From assembly GCA_051294375.1 (NCBI GenBank), contig CM119263.1, positions 23,101,330 to 23,165,329 of the forward strand: a stretch of 64,000 bases of DNA, read 5' to 3'. The translations under genes were made by a program, and so were the position numbers. This DNA is from Paraspadella gotoi (taxonomy: Eukaryota > Animalia > Chaetognatha). The stretch's first letter is position 1, and the number at the start of each line of letters is the position of its first letter. Of the stretch, positions 1 through 11,200 are shown piece after piece. Under the pieces are notes generated by a model. That model was not told the DNA's origin, ran no database searches, and worked only from the letters and a program-made list of their open reading frames with translations.

Positions 1-106
1 GGAGAGTGAGACATTAAAATTAGTGATTCAATGTGAATGGAATGCGTTCGATACAGAGTCGCGGAATAAAGTTAATGAAGAAAGGATAAAGTAAGTTTGA
101 ACTTAC

Positions 107-1640
107 CCGGATGTCGATCTTCGGCTTGGACTTGGACTTTTCCGATTTTCCCTTAGTTGTTGGTGTTGTTGTTTTCGTCGTCCTTGGAATTCCTGTCGTC
201 GTCTTTGTCGTCAGGGTCAAATCCTTCGGAGATTCTTTCTCTTTGGACTTCGATGCCATTTCCGTTTTGCTTTCTCTCTCCTCCGATGCCACTCGCTGCC
301 ATTCCGGTGCCACTTCTCTTTTGTTTAGCGTTTGAGTCGGCGTCACTTCTGGGAGTCCAGTTTTTTCTTTGCTTTCATTTTTTAATCTCAACGAATCGTC
401 GTCGTCGTAGTCGTTGCTATCGTCAGCGCCTTCGTCCCCATTTTCATCTTTGTCAGCTTTGTCATCGCTGCCATCGTCAACATCGACGCGCAAGGAGACT
501 TCGACGTGTTGTGTCACTCCTCCATCCCCAACAACTTCCTCTTTTTTCTTTTCCTCTCCATCTTTTTTTTCATCCCTCTTCCTCCACGAGCTCCTCTCCC
601 ACTTGACGAGCCGTTCCGTCGGCGTCCGCGGCGCCTCCGTAACGACGCCTGGCGCCAAGTGTCGCGTCGGGGCCGGAACGGAAATGGCGCGTTCCAGGGC
701 GAATCTGGGCGCCATGTTGTCGAGATGATGTCGACCCAAACTTCCGGTTTTGCTGCTGTAAGGTTGGGATTCGCTGCGGGAGAAGAGCATCGACTTGAAG
801 GCGGCGGTGGCGTCGGAATCCGTTTCCGGTTGGGAGTCGGAAGAGTTGGAGGAAGATGGGGGAGAACCGGATTTGGGGCGAACGTTGGAATCACCTTTGG
901 AGCTCGGTTCCGTCTTGGCGAGCGGTTCTTTGTGAGCTGATAGTTCTTTTTTGGCCAGAGGTTCCGGCTTGGCGAGTGACTTGACGGTGATTTCTGTCTT
1001 CAACCGCGAATCATTATTACGAGCGGCGTCTCGGGCGGCGAGGCGTTCCCTCCACGACATCGGCCTGGTTTCCGGTTTATCCTCGTTGCCCGGCTTCGAA
1101 TTAAATTTCTGCTTGGAATGGTTTTCGCCGGAAAAATCCGGTTTAGGCGAAATTTTAGGTTTCGACGGAATTTTCGGTTTAGGTTTTGTGTCGAGTTCGA
1201 CGCAAAGATTCGGTTTGGGAGAAACTTGCGGCTTTTCGACGATTTCCAGTTTGTTAATGATCCTCGGTTTTGCACTTAGTTCCGGTTTCTCGGCAATTTC
1301 CGGCTTTTCCCCAATTTTCGGTTTGGCGCCGTTTTCAGACTTCGCTTTTCCTTTGGAATGATCGGCTTTCCGGAATCGATGCCTCGGCGAAAATCCGTAG
1401 GCGTCGAAATGCGAGGATCCGGCGCCGTATTGACTTTGATCGGCGCCGGACGACGACGAAGGCCGGGAGGCATTCGACCGAGAATCCGCGCCGTCGACGG
1501 AGTGTCTTACTTCGCCGGCGTCGCTGGCATCACCGGCGCCGCTGCCAGTACGAAGTCCAAGGTACCGTTTCTTTGGGGCGGCGCTGTCGGCGTCGTTCTT
1601 GTCGTTGGCGTCGACGTTGGCGATTTTCGGTTTGAACTTA

Positions 1641-1677
<37 letters not shown>

Positions 1678-1846
1678 TTTCACAAGACGATGACGGGGAA
1701 GACGAATCGACGATGAGACTTTTGTTTCTTTGTTCGCTCGTTTTACGAGTTTCGGAGACGTCGGCGGCGCCACCGTCGAACGCTCCGGCGTCGAGGGCGC
1801 GCCACTTCCGCTCGATGCGTTCGATCTCCTCAAGAAACTCCGCCAT
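107..1846 (-). CDS. Large coding exon of an unidentified low-complexity protein (acidic/Ser-rich, KP hexapeptide repeats); gene continues off the window start
   Basis: Long ORF starting MAEFLEEIERIE with the CpG-rich codon style of the other genes. A strong donor CGG|GTAAGT at 107/106 indicates the last ~28 aa of the ORF are intronic. Repeats KPKIGE-KPEIAE-KPELSA-KP; no folded domain recognised. Confidence 0.75.
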
Positions 1847-2260
1847 TTCCGTTCGTCTTTTATATTTCGCGTTGTTTTGTTAACAATTATTTTGTTAAAT
1901 TAATCTCCTTTTGATGTCGGCGAAAGAATCTCTCACGACGAAAAAGTTTCGCGAGAAAATGACAGAAAAAATTCAACCTATTTTCGTTGAGATAAGGAAA
2001 AAAAAAGAGAAATATGTTTGTAAAAAGTGCAAAGGATGAAAAGCGAAGGAGACTTAACAAAGTGTGAAACAAAATTGAGAAGAGGGACAGTGAAATAGAC
2101 GAATTCAAACGGCGATAATAGCATCGTAAAATAAAAAAAAGAAATAAAAAGCTGGGAAAAAAATCACGAAAAGGCAAAAATAAAAAAAAAAAAAGAAAGA
2201 AAGGAAAAAAATAACCAACGAAATAATCTTCGTCTCGTCACGGCTTCGCTCGGAAATAAT

Positions 2261-2631
<371 letters not shown>

Positions 2632-4318
2632 TATCTACAAAAATTGGCTCAGTTATCCAAGAAGATAAAAATTACATCGATTTTTTTTAAGACTGCAGTG
2701 CGTTATTTTTAAGTAACTAATATCGAGTGAAATCGGTTGCACGCAAACGTTTTAAACTTATCGGAATTAAAGTAGAGAAAAACTGAAAAACGACGCAAGG
2801 TGGCAGATTATTGTCTGGTTAAGTTTATTCGTTAATTTTGAGGTTAAAAATCAAATCATAATAAACGTATCGATTAGAGTCGACCGCTTTTATGATTCTC
2901 GAAAAAAAAAATGAGATAATTTTTGTTGTTGTTGATTTCAGATTCGAAATTTTCAAAAGGTTTGGACGCCAAAGTCACGAGAGAGAGAGAGAGAGGAGAG
3001 AAGAGAAGAGAGAGAGAGAGAGAGAGACGGCACGAACCCCGTCATTATTCAACGCTCTGTCCCGTTTCAGATCCGTCCTTGATTAACCCGAACGCGACGA
3101 TGAATAATGCGGTTTCTTGGTTCCTTTTTTATAGTCATTGATATATTTTGAAATACAAATTTAATTTGATTTTAAAAAATATTTAAATATTTCATGAAAA
3201 AATTTGGTTCCACTCGAACTTTATCGAAATCTTTCGATCGAAACTTTTTGTTCAGCCACCAAAGACGGAATTAAATCGTAAGACAAATTTGAGGATCATC
3301 TCGAATCAACGACCTAGAAAGAAAAAACAAAATTTCTTTTCTATTTATTTCTTGGACGAATTTTTCTTTAAAAAATTACGAAAACTTTGAAAAACTTTTT
3401 TCTTTCCCTCAATTTTCTTAAGTTTTTTCTTTTTTCTTTCTTTTTTTTTTCTCTTCTCTCCTTCTCTTAGCTCGACCTCCAGGCAATAACAATCCTCTTC
3501 CTCTTCCCCCTCCCATTGAATTTCTTTCAAAATCACAAAAACCTGAAATTCCTTTCCTTTATTTTTATATTTTTTTCCCGAGAAAATCCCGAATTTAAAA
3601 ACAAGATTCCCTTTACTCTTTCGTTGAGAGTTTGACATGACAGTCGAAAAGGGTTGATGAAAATTAAGAGAAACACATGTTATCATTTTTTTTTACATCC
3701 GCCTCCTTTAACGTTAAAAAATATACTGGGAGATGGACAACTGTCATAATAGCAGGAATTTTTATACTCCTTTTACACACATAAATCTTTAATCGTAACT
3801 TTTACCTTCGGCCCACACATCATTTCTCATCGATTCATCTTTCTCTTATTTTTACTTTTTTTAAATTTTTTTCTTTCTTAAGATTTTTTTTTTGAATAAA
3901 CTCGCCATCATCGATTTCAGTTTGATTGATTGATTGATTGACTAAATTTTTGAATATTTCGATTGATTAATACAACAAATGATGTTAAAAATCTTCTCAT
4001 TTTTCCCCGATGTGAAAATTCAAATCCAATTAGAGAAAGCTCAGTTTCAGCTTCAAACTTCTCACAACAATGTTAATCTCAATACGGTCTCATTATCCAA
4101 AAGCATTTGAACTAACGATCTTCTTTATCCACTTTGACAGTCACATCCCTTCGTTAACATAACACGGTTACGGATAAAAGAAGTTGGAAGAAAAAAAGAA
4201 TGAAAAGATGTAAACCTTTCAACTTTTCCTATTTTTTTTTATTGAATTTGAAAAGAAAAAAAAAAAAAAACTCAGGCCGCCGCTTCCCCGGTCTCCGACG
4301 CCGCATTTCTTAAATCAA

Positions 4319-4497
4319 CCAATCAAAATACTTCTAGGCCTCCCCGCTGCGGGGAGCGAACCAACCAATCAGCGTCGAGCAAGATCGAATTCAAATAAAC
4401 GCACCTGACAAATCTAAATGTACCCGGTTGAAGATTCGATCCCCGATTCAATCGGGCGGATTTTTGGAGGGAAAAAAACTTGGAACCGTCGATCGAG
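4319..4497 (+). promoter_or_regulatory. Putative DEPDC1 promoter and non-coding first exon (2x CCAAT, CHR-like TTCAAA)
   Basis: CCAAT at 4319 and 4365, TTCAAA (reverse of TTTGAA) at 4390, donor GAG|GTAAGT at 4497/4498, candidate acceptor near 5176-5182 upstream of the ATG at 5205. Confidence 0.45.
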
Positions 4498-4840
4498 GTA
4501 AGTTTAAATCTGCCATCTCTCAAATTACCAAAGAGTTCGACGAGGAAGTATCCTTCCAAATATTATTTTTATCAAATTCTGATAAAAAAATTTGCCCAAA
4601 CTTCCGCCGCTAAAGTTGTCTCGTCGCGTGAAGCCTTCAACGTCGCTGGAGGTCACTTTCTTATTCTCACCGATTCACCCAAATTTTTTTTTTGAATCAC
4701 GGATCGGACGGGTGATCTCTATTCTTCCTCCCTCTCTTCCTCCTCTTCCCTCCATCCTTTCCCCCCTCGTCTCTCGGCGACCGTAACTTACCCCGTCGTC
4801 ACGCAACCGCGGGTTCTCACCGAACTCCGTCGATTCTCGA

Positions 4841-4860
4841 TCACGTGATCTGTCACGTGA
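4841..4860. promoter_or_regulatory. Tandem palindromic E-boxes TCACGTGA x2 (CLEAR/MiT-TFE/USF-type)
   Basis: tcacgtga-tctg-tcacgtga in a CpG-rich island between the divergent genes. Confidence 0.5.
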
Positions 4861-5204
4861 TTACGGCCTTTCGGGTCAGTTTACTTTTTCGTACTCTCCC
4901 GTCGACCGAACGAAGGAACGAAGGCCGACGGGTCGACGACGACGACGAAAACGACGACGAAAACAAACATCGGAGATAAACTCGACGAATAAACTCGGGC
5001 GCGTTATCGTCATCGCCGTTATCGCGTCTCCTTTGCATTAAAGCGTAAATTTGCACGAAATATTTATGGGGCAACAACTTCTTTCGGTCTTAGGGAAATG
5101 CGTTATGCGCCTTAACGAATTTTAAAGAAACCTAAATATACTAAGCTGATTTGATTCAAATAAAATTTGAGCCCAGCCTCAGTCGCGAATCGATATCGAT
5201 AAAC

Positions 5205-8200
5205 ATGGTTTTCGGAAGTTCGCAGTCCGGGCTCAACGACGCTTCGTCCGGACAGAAACGCGGCCCCGGGCCGTACAGGTATAAAAATATATATATATGT
5301 TTACTGACGGGCGTTCTGACCTGATTATACACACAATTAGAATTTTACAATTTTGATTTTAAAAGAAATGGTGACGGGAATATCCTATTATATGAAGAAT
5401 AATTTAATTAGTTGCGATCCGATTGAAAAGTGAGAATGCGGAACTCAAGATTGAACTTTGTCGGATTCTCACTCCGCATTAAGTTTTCAATCGGATTTAA
5501 CGTTGAGTGAAATTAAAAACAGGAGTGACTCATCTTCATGTTTTTTTTACCATTTTTTCACCCTCTCCCCCATTCACCACTCACCTCATTCTCAGGGCCA
5601 CCCTCCTATGGAACGAGATCGTGCGCGTCTTTCACGCTTACCTCCCGCGAAAACGGCACCGATTTCACATGCGCGCCTACGAGGATTGCTTCACTGGCGA
5701 GGAAGCAGTCACCTGGCTCTGGGAATACCTCAAGCAGAATCACAGTTTCGGGCCGAGAGTCTCACGGGAGCAGACCGTCATGTTGTGTCAGAAGCTCATG
5801 AGTTCGAAGGTGATTGTCTTTTACGTTGTATAAGTAAATTGTTTCGAAAAAATAACTCGTTGTCATTAAGGTGATTGTCTTTCATCAGTTACTAGTTTTA
5901 ATAATTCATCGTCATTAATTTACTGTCCCCCTCGTCAATCTAGATTTCTCTACTAGTTCCTTTGTTCCTTTGTTCTTCCTCAGATCTTCGAAGATGTTCG
6001 CGGCGCCAAGCGGCCGGAATATTGCGAATTCAAAGAAGACAATCGCCTCTACAAATTTTCCCAGGATTTCTCGCCCGTCAAGACTCCGCTGGCGCAAAAG
6101 ACTGGCCGAGGTATCTTTGTTAATTGTTATATAAATAATAAAATAATAGTTAAATAATAATAATAATTAAATATCGAACTTCGATCAGTAAACATAAAGA
6201 TTATGACCACATGTATGAAAACGAAACCAGGCTTAAGAAACGCCTCAAATTTCACAGATACCTACTGCTACATGAACCGATTTTAAATTCTAACCTAACG
6301 ATAATTCAAACTTACCTCTTTATGTTCAATAATTTCCTTTTTTTTCTCACTTCCCTTTTCCCAAAAAAGACAAGTTTCCTCCTCCCTCGCCTCACCCTCC
6401 CTTCCCTCGAATTCGTCCCGCCGAGCGGACGTACGACAGCGGAGTCGGTTCGCAGAGTCCGTACGCGGATCCGTCAGATCTTCCGCCTCCACTTTTCAAT
6501 CGGCTCGATCCACGACGACCCTACGGACGGTCCGCTCCTCGCGCCTCGAGCGGTCCGTCCCCAGCTGGGCGCGGTGGCGGTGGCGGTAAGGAGGGAGACG
6601 GGCGGCCGAAGGAAATCCCCGAGGATGAACGTCCACAGGGTAATAATTCGATGGGATAACGAGGTCGAAGAAGAGAGTGGATCGGTTTCTTGTTTTTATT
6701 TTCTTTCTTTGTTTCTTTTTTTTTTCAAGGTTTCCCTTTGTTTCTTTGGTCCTTTGGATTTTCTCGTATTCTTTGTTTTTGTTTCTTACAAATTTCTCAT
6801 CTAGCGTTTTTCAAATTTATATTGTCTTTGAATGATAAAATTGTACACACCAACTCATTACATTATACATATTGAAGAATTGAAGTATTAATAGTAACAA
6901 TTTGCAAATTACTTGTTTACTATTTCTCTATTTTTACATTTTATGAAGGATTTAGTATTTTATCTATATTATTTAAACAAATATATATCTAATAATTCAA
7001 TTTGGGAAGGGGAAGTCAGTGTTGTCTTCTGGAAATAGAGGGAGCATCTATACAACAAATAATATATCATTTTCTTGCTTTTCTCTCTTTTTCGCATATC
7101 TTTGGTTTTTGCCTTTATTAACTCCCCCCCCTTTTTTTTCCTCGCACGCCTCTTCACCTCCTCCATCCTTACCTTCATCCCCCCCTTCATCCCCTCCCCC
7201 TCCCCTTCATCCCTCTCCTTCATCCCTCTCTCCTCCTCCATCTCCTTTTCCCCCATCCTCTCCTCCCCTCCCTCCATCTCCAGGCTGGGGCGACAAAACC
7301 CTCGATTTCCTCGCGTCGACGATCGGTTCCGCGATTCTCTCATCTTACGCCCCCCGCGACGACGTCGGATTCGGACCAATCATCGCCAAGAACGTTGCCT
7401 TGGCGGCGACGAAACGCGGCGCCGCTCAACCAATCGGGGACGAAGACGAGAGTGATGACGTCCCTCATTGGATACTCTCGGCCATGAGGTGTTTAGCTCA
7501 TTGGCCGGAAAAGTCCAAGAGCAACGCCTTTCCTTCTTACAAAGGTGCTCTGAGAATAATTCATCGAATCAGTTGATTCGTATCTGAATTTTTCGATTTA
7601 ACCAAGAAATATCTTTTTCATATATTCATATATTATATTCCGCAATCATAATTTTTATCTTTTGTCTCAAAAGAATTTCCATCTTTCAAAAATTCTCAAA
7701 GAATAGGTCAGAATAAATATTTTTCTTCGTCGCACGTTTTATGCATTCTAACATTTACCTTGTCTCTTGTCTAACAATTCATTGTTAAGTGTGAATACTG
7801 AATAGTACATAAAATCTAGAAACTAGGTATAGTTAATTATCAGTGCATAATAAATACAAACGCCAAATAATTAGATTAAAACTATTGCCTCGTCCAGGAT
7901 TCGAACGGGACGTTTTTAAAGTCATCTCTGATTACTTCGTTTCTCTGCCGGAGCCCCTCGTTCCTTTTCATCTCTATAAGAGTTTCATGGAGATTTTGGA
8001 AAAGGCGGAGAGGAGGGATCGAACCCGGCTCGACACTGGCGGGATGGCGAGTCCGGTGAGTTCGGTATTAGTTAATATTTCTTTACAATATTTTTATGAA
8101 TTGATAGATATTAAAGTTATAAAAATAAGTCAACTGTTAAAAAAAACTTTTTGTACTTTTAGCCAACAAATCGTACATTAATTGTTAAATTTTAAGTTGT

Positions 8201-11200
8201 AATTTTTTTTAATTTACAATTTTGTAATAACAATTTGTCTTTTAGTCGTCCACACCGACCGCAACGTCACCGCCTTCGTTGGCAGAGACTCCGCGCCGCC
8301 CGATTCCCTCGTCCGCATCCCTGGGAGACAAGGATTTAAAGTTCAAGGGAAGCCCAATTCTCGAATCCATTTTGCTCATGGACGACCAAGTGTTGGAGGT
8401 GAGTCGTGGGGACTGAAGTCAGTTTTGTCCGTCGTCGTTGTGCCTGTTGTTGTTGTCAATATTTTATATATAGTAATTAACGTATTGTTTTGTTTTTGTT
8501 TTGAGAAGTGATTCCTTCCTTTATTCCCCCCAAGGAATCTCTGATTGTCCCCGTAACTCCCAAGATGGATCAGTCGATCGAAGAGCTCATCCTCGAGATG
8601 ACGACCCACGAGATGTTGGACGATGTTCGTTTGTTGGACGTCGACATGGAGAGCAGCCCTCTGCCGATCACTGCGAAGGCCTTCAACTTTAGAGACGAAC
8701 GCGTGGAAGCTCCGCTGTTGCAGCACGTGCCCTTGCAGGCGCCGCCGAAGCCGCCGAGAGCGAGGAGACAGCAAGTTTGTTATACAACTACCGGGAAAAA
8801 AAAACTTTTTTATGGGACTTATTTTTAAAATAACTGGCTAATCTCATCTCTCCTCGGTAGTATAGTGGTGAGTATCCTCGCCTGTCACGCGAGAGACCGG
8901 GGTTCGATTCCCCGCCGGGGAGCTTTTTTATTTCATTTTTGTTGTGCTTTTAAATGGTAATTTTATCTGCAGACGCAAAGCACGACGAGCTGCCCTATGC
9001 CTCGCACGTCTTGGAGTTGCATGAATCTCTCTAAAATCTGCGAGCGAGACGAGATACATAGCGAAGCGTCGTCCGTCGCCTACGGGAGGCGATCGATCGG
9101 GGACGAAAATTTCACTGGGGTACGGAGATGGTTGAGCGGGGGGGCTTTTTCGTTGTTTTTTGGGCTTTTTTGCTATTTTGCTTCTTTTCACTCAAAACAG
9201 TTGCTGATTTTGCGATAGCTTTCATTACAGTGTTAACATATACGTTATTTAGATGCAAAGACATGAGAGCAATGAAATGACGACGTAAATATTTTTTTAT
9301 TTATACTTATATTAAATGCATTTCTAATATTGTAATTTCATTAAACTTTGATATAAATTTAATATAAATTTAATATAAATTTAATATATAATTCCATCAA
9401 TTTATTAAGTTTAACCGTCCTACGACATTAACAAATTATTCTTATTAATCCTCCAAGGCGCGCGAATCTCGACGCCCCCTGCTTCTCCAGCACGAGTTCG
9501 GCTCCTCGCCCCAGCATTTCCGGCCTTCGCCTCCGGAGATGGTGAGAAGGGCGCCGGAATACGAACGCCGCGCGCAGGATTCGTGGCGGATGAGCGCCGG
9601 ATCTCTGCTGTCGTTGCAGAAGGAAGTGGCGGAAAAGACGAATCCGGAAGAGTCGATGTTTTTGGAGACGGAGTTCGGGGACGCGGACGAGGTGATTGGT
9701 CGATGAAAGGGTGATTGGTTGAGTGAGAAGTGATTAGTAAAGGAAAGAGTGATTGATAAAGGAAGATTTATATAATTGGTGATTCTCAAAGGAGTGATCG
9801 GTAGAGGAAAATGTGATTGATGGAGGAAGGAGTGATTGGTGAAAGGAGTGATTTACGATGAAAGAATTGTTTGGGGAAGAAGATTTTTGAATAATATACT
9901 TTGCGATTGTGTTGTACTAATTGTCAATATTTATCGCCTCAGTTTTCGAATTTCCGACTATTCTTTCTCTATCTTCATTGGTTTTTACTCTTCATAGAAA
10001 CATCGACTTCTTTTTCAAGGTTCGCACTAAACTCGTAACTCGCCCGTCGCGGTCGTCTCTTCTTCATCGCGCCGCCACCTTTACCGCCGAAGACCGCCCG
10101 TCCCCCACCTCGCACTCCCGACCAATCTCCCACCTCCGACCCGCCTCCATCTCTTCCGCCGCCCCCGATACCACCTTCGCTTCCTCGGTGCCTCAGCACC
10201 GCGGCGGCGTCGGGACCTTCGCTTCGTCCGGCACCAGCGACGCCGGAACTGAAACGGACGGCGTTGGAAGCGAGAGCGTGCGGAGCCACGGGACGGAGAC
10301 CGACTCGATGGCTGGCAGCGGCGTTGGAGTCGGTCGCGGTTGCGCGTCGACAGAGTGGTTCTATTCTGCTGAAGACGTGTTGGAGGAGAGGAGTAGGATC
10401 AAAGGGGAAGCTTTGAAGCGTCATAGGTCTAAAAGCGTCGGTGAGTGGACATTTGATGAAATAGTAAATCTTATATTAATTTTTTAAAAAACTCATGCAA
10501 CTTTGTCAGGTTGGAATTCAGATAGTTCTCTTCACAATTTTTAATATTTTACATTGATACGGTATAATTGTTATGAAAATATATTCTGTAAACAACACAA
10601 ATTTCCAGAATCTTTCGGACTCTCGGTGCAACTGTCGGGCACGCCCACTCCGGACTTCGACGACCTCGACGTGCGTATGTCTTCGTTCGGTGATGGGCTC
10701 AGTCTCGGGCCAATCGCCCAGGGACGTCGGGCTCAAGATGGACAGGCGACGAAATTGGGGCAGATGAAGAAGGGAAGATGTCTGCACAAGTCGGCGGACA
10801 ACTTGAGTCGTCGATCGAGCAGGGTGCACGGACGCGGAAATGGACGCGAGATCAGGTTGGCCATTTCTACGCGTTTTTTTATTGATAGTGGATGTTGATT
10901 AGCGGAGAAGAACCTATCCTTTAATAAATTAGTTTTAAGGTGAACTTCTCAATCAAACTAGAATATTATTTTATCTCATCACTAAATTTTTAGCAATCGT
11001 ATCGGTAATGTGCACTAGCTAAATTTGATTAAATGTAATTAACTTGATCCTTCCAGCCCCCCATATCCTGGGAATCACTCGAAAGTCTCCTACGAGGAAT
11101 TGCGTGACTTCGAATCGGGCGACGCGCGCCGATTCAAAAGCACCGAGTCTTTGGCTTGTAGCGATGGATCCGTGACGACGTCGACGGCGACTGAAGCTTC

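Noticed and set aside
111-1883. Plus-strand ORFs overlapping the 608-aa minus ORF
   Set aside because: Antisense shadows of GC-rich low-complexity coding sequence.
5840-5890. Second hammerhead candidate on the minus strand (CTGATGA ... CGAAAC)
   Set aside because: The intervening sequence forms no stem II.
8771-8776. Non-canonical GC donor (GCAAGT) for the tRNA-containing intron
   Set aside because: The adjacent CAA|GTTTGT donor gives the phase needed for the next exon; the GC site does not.
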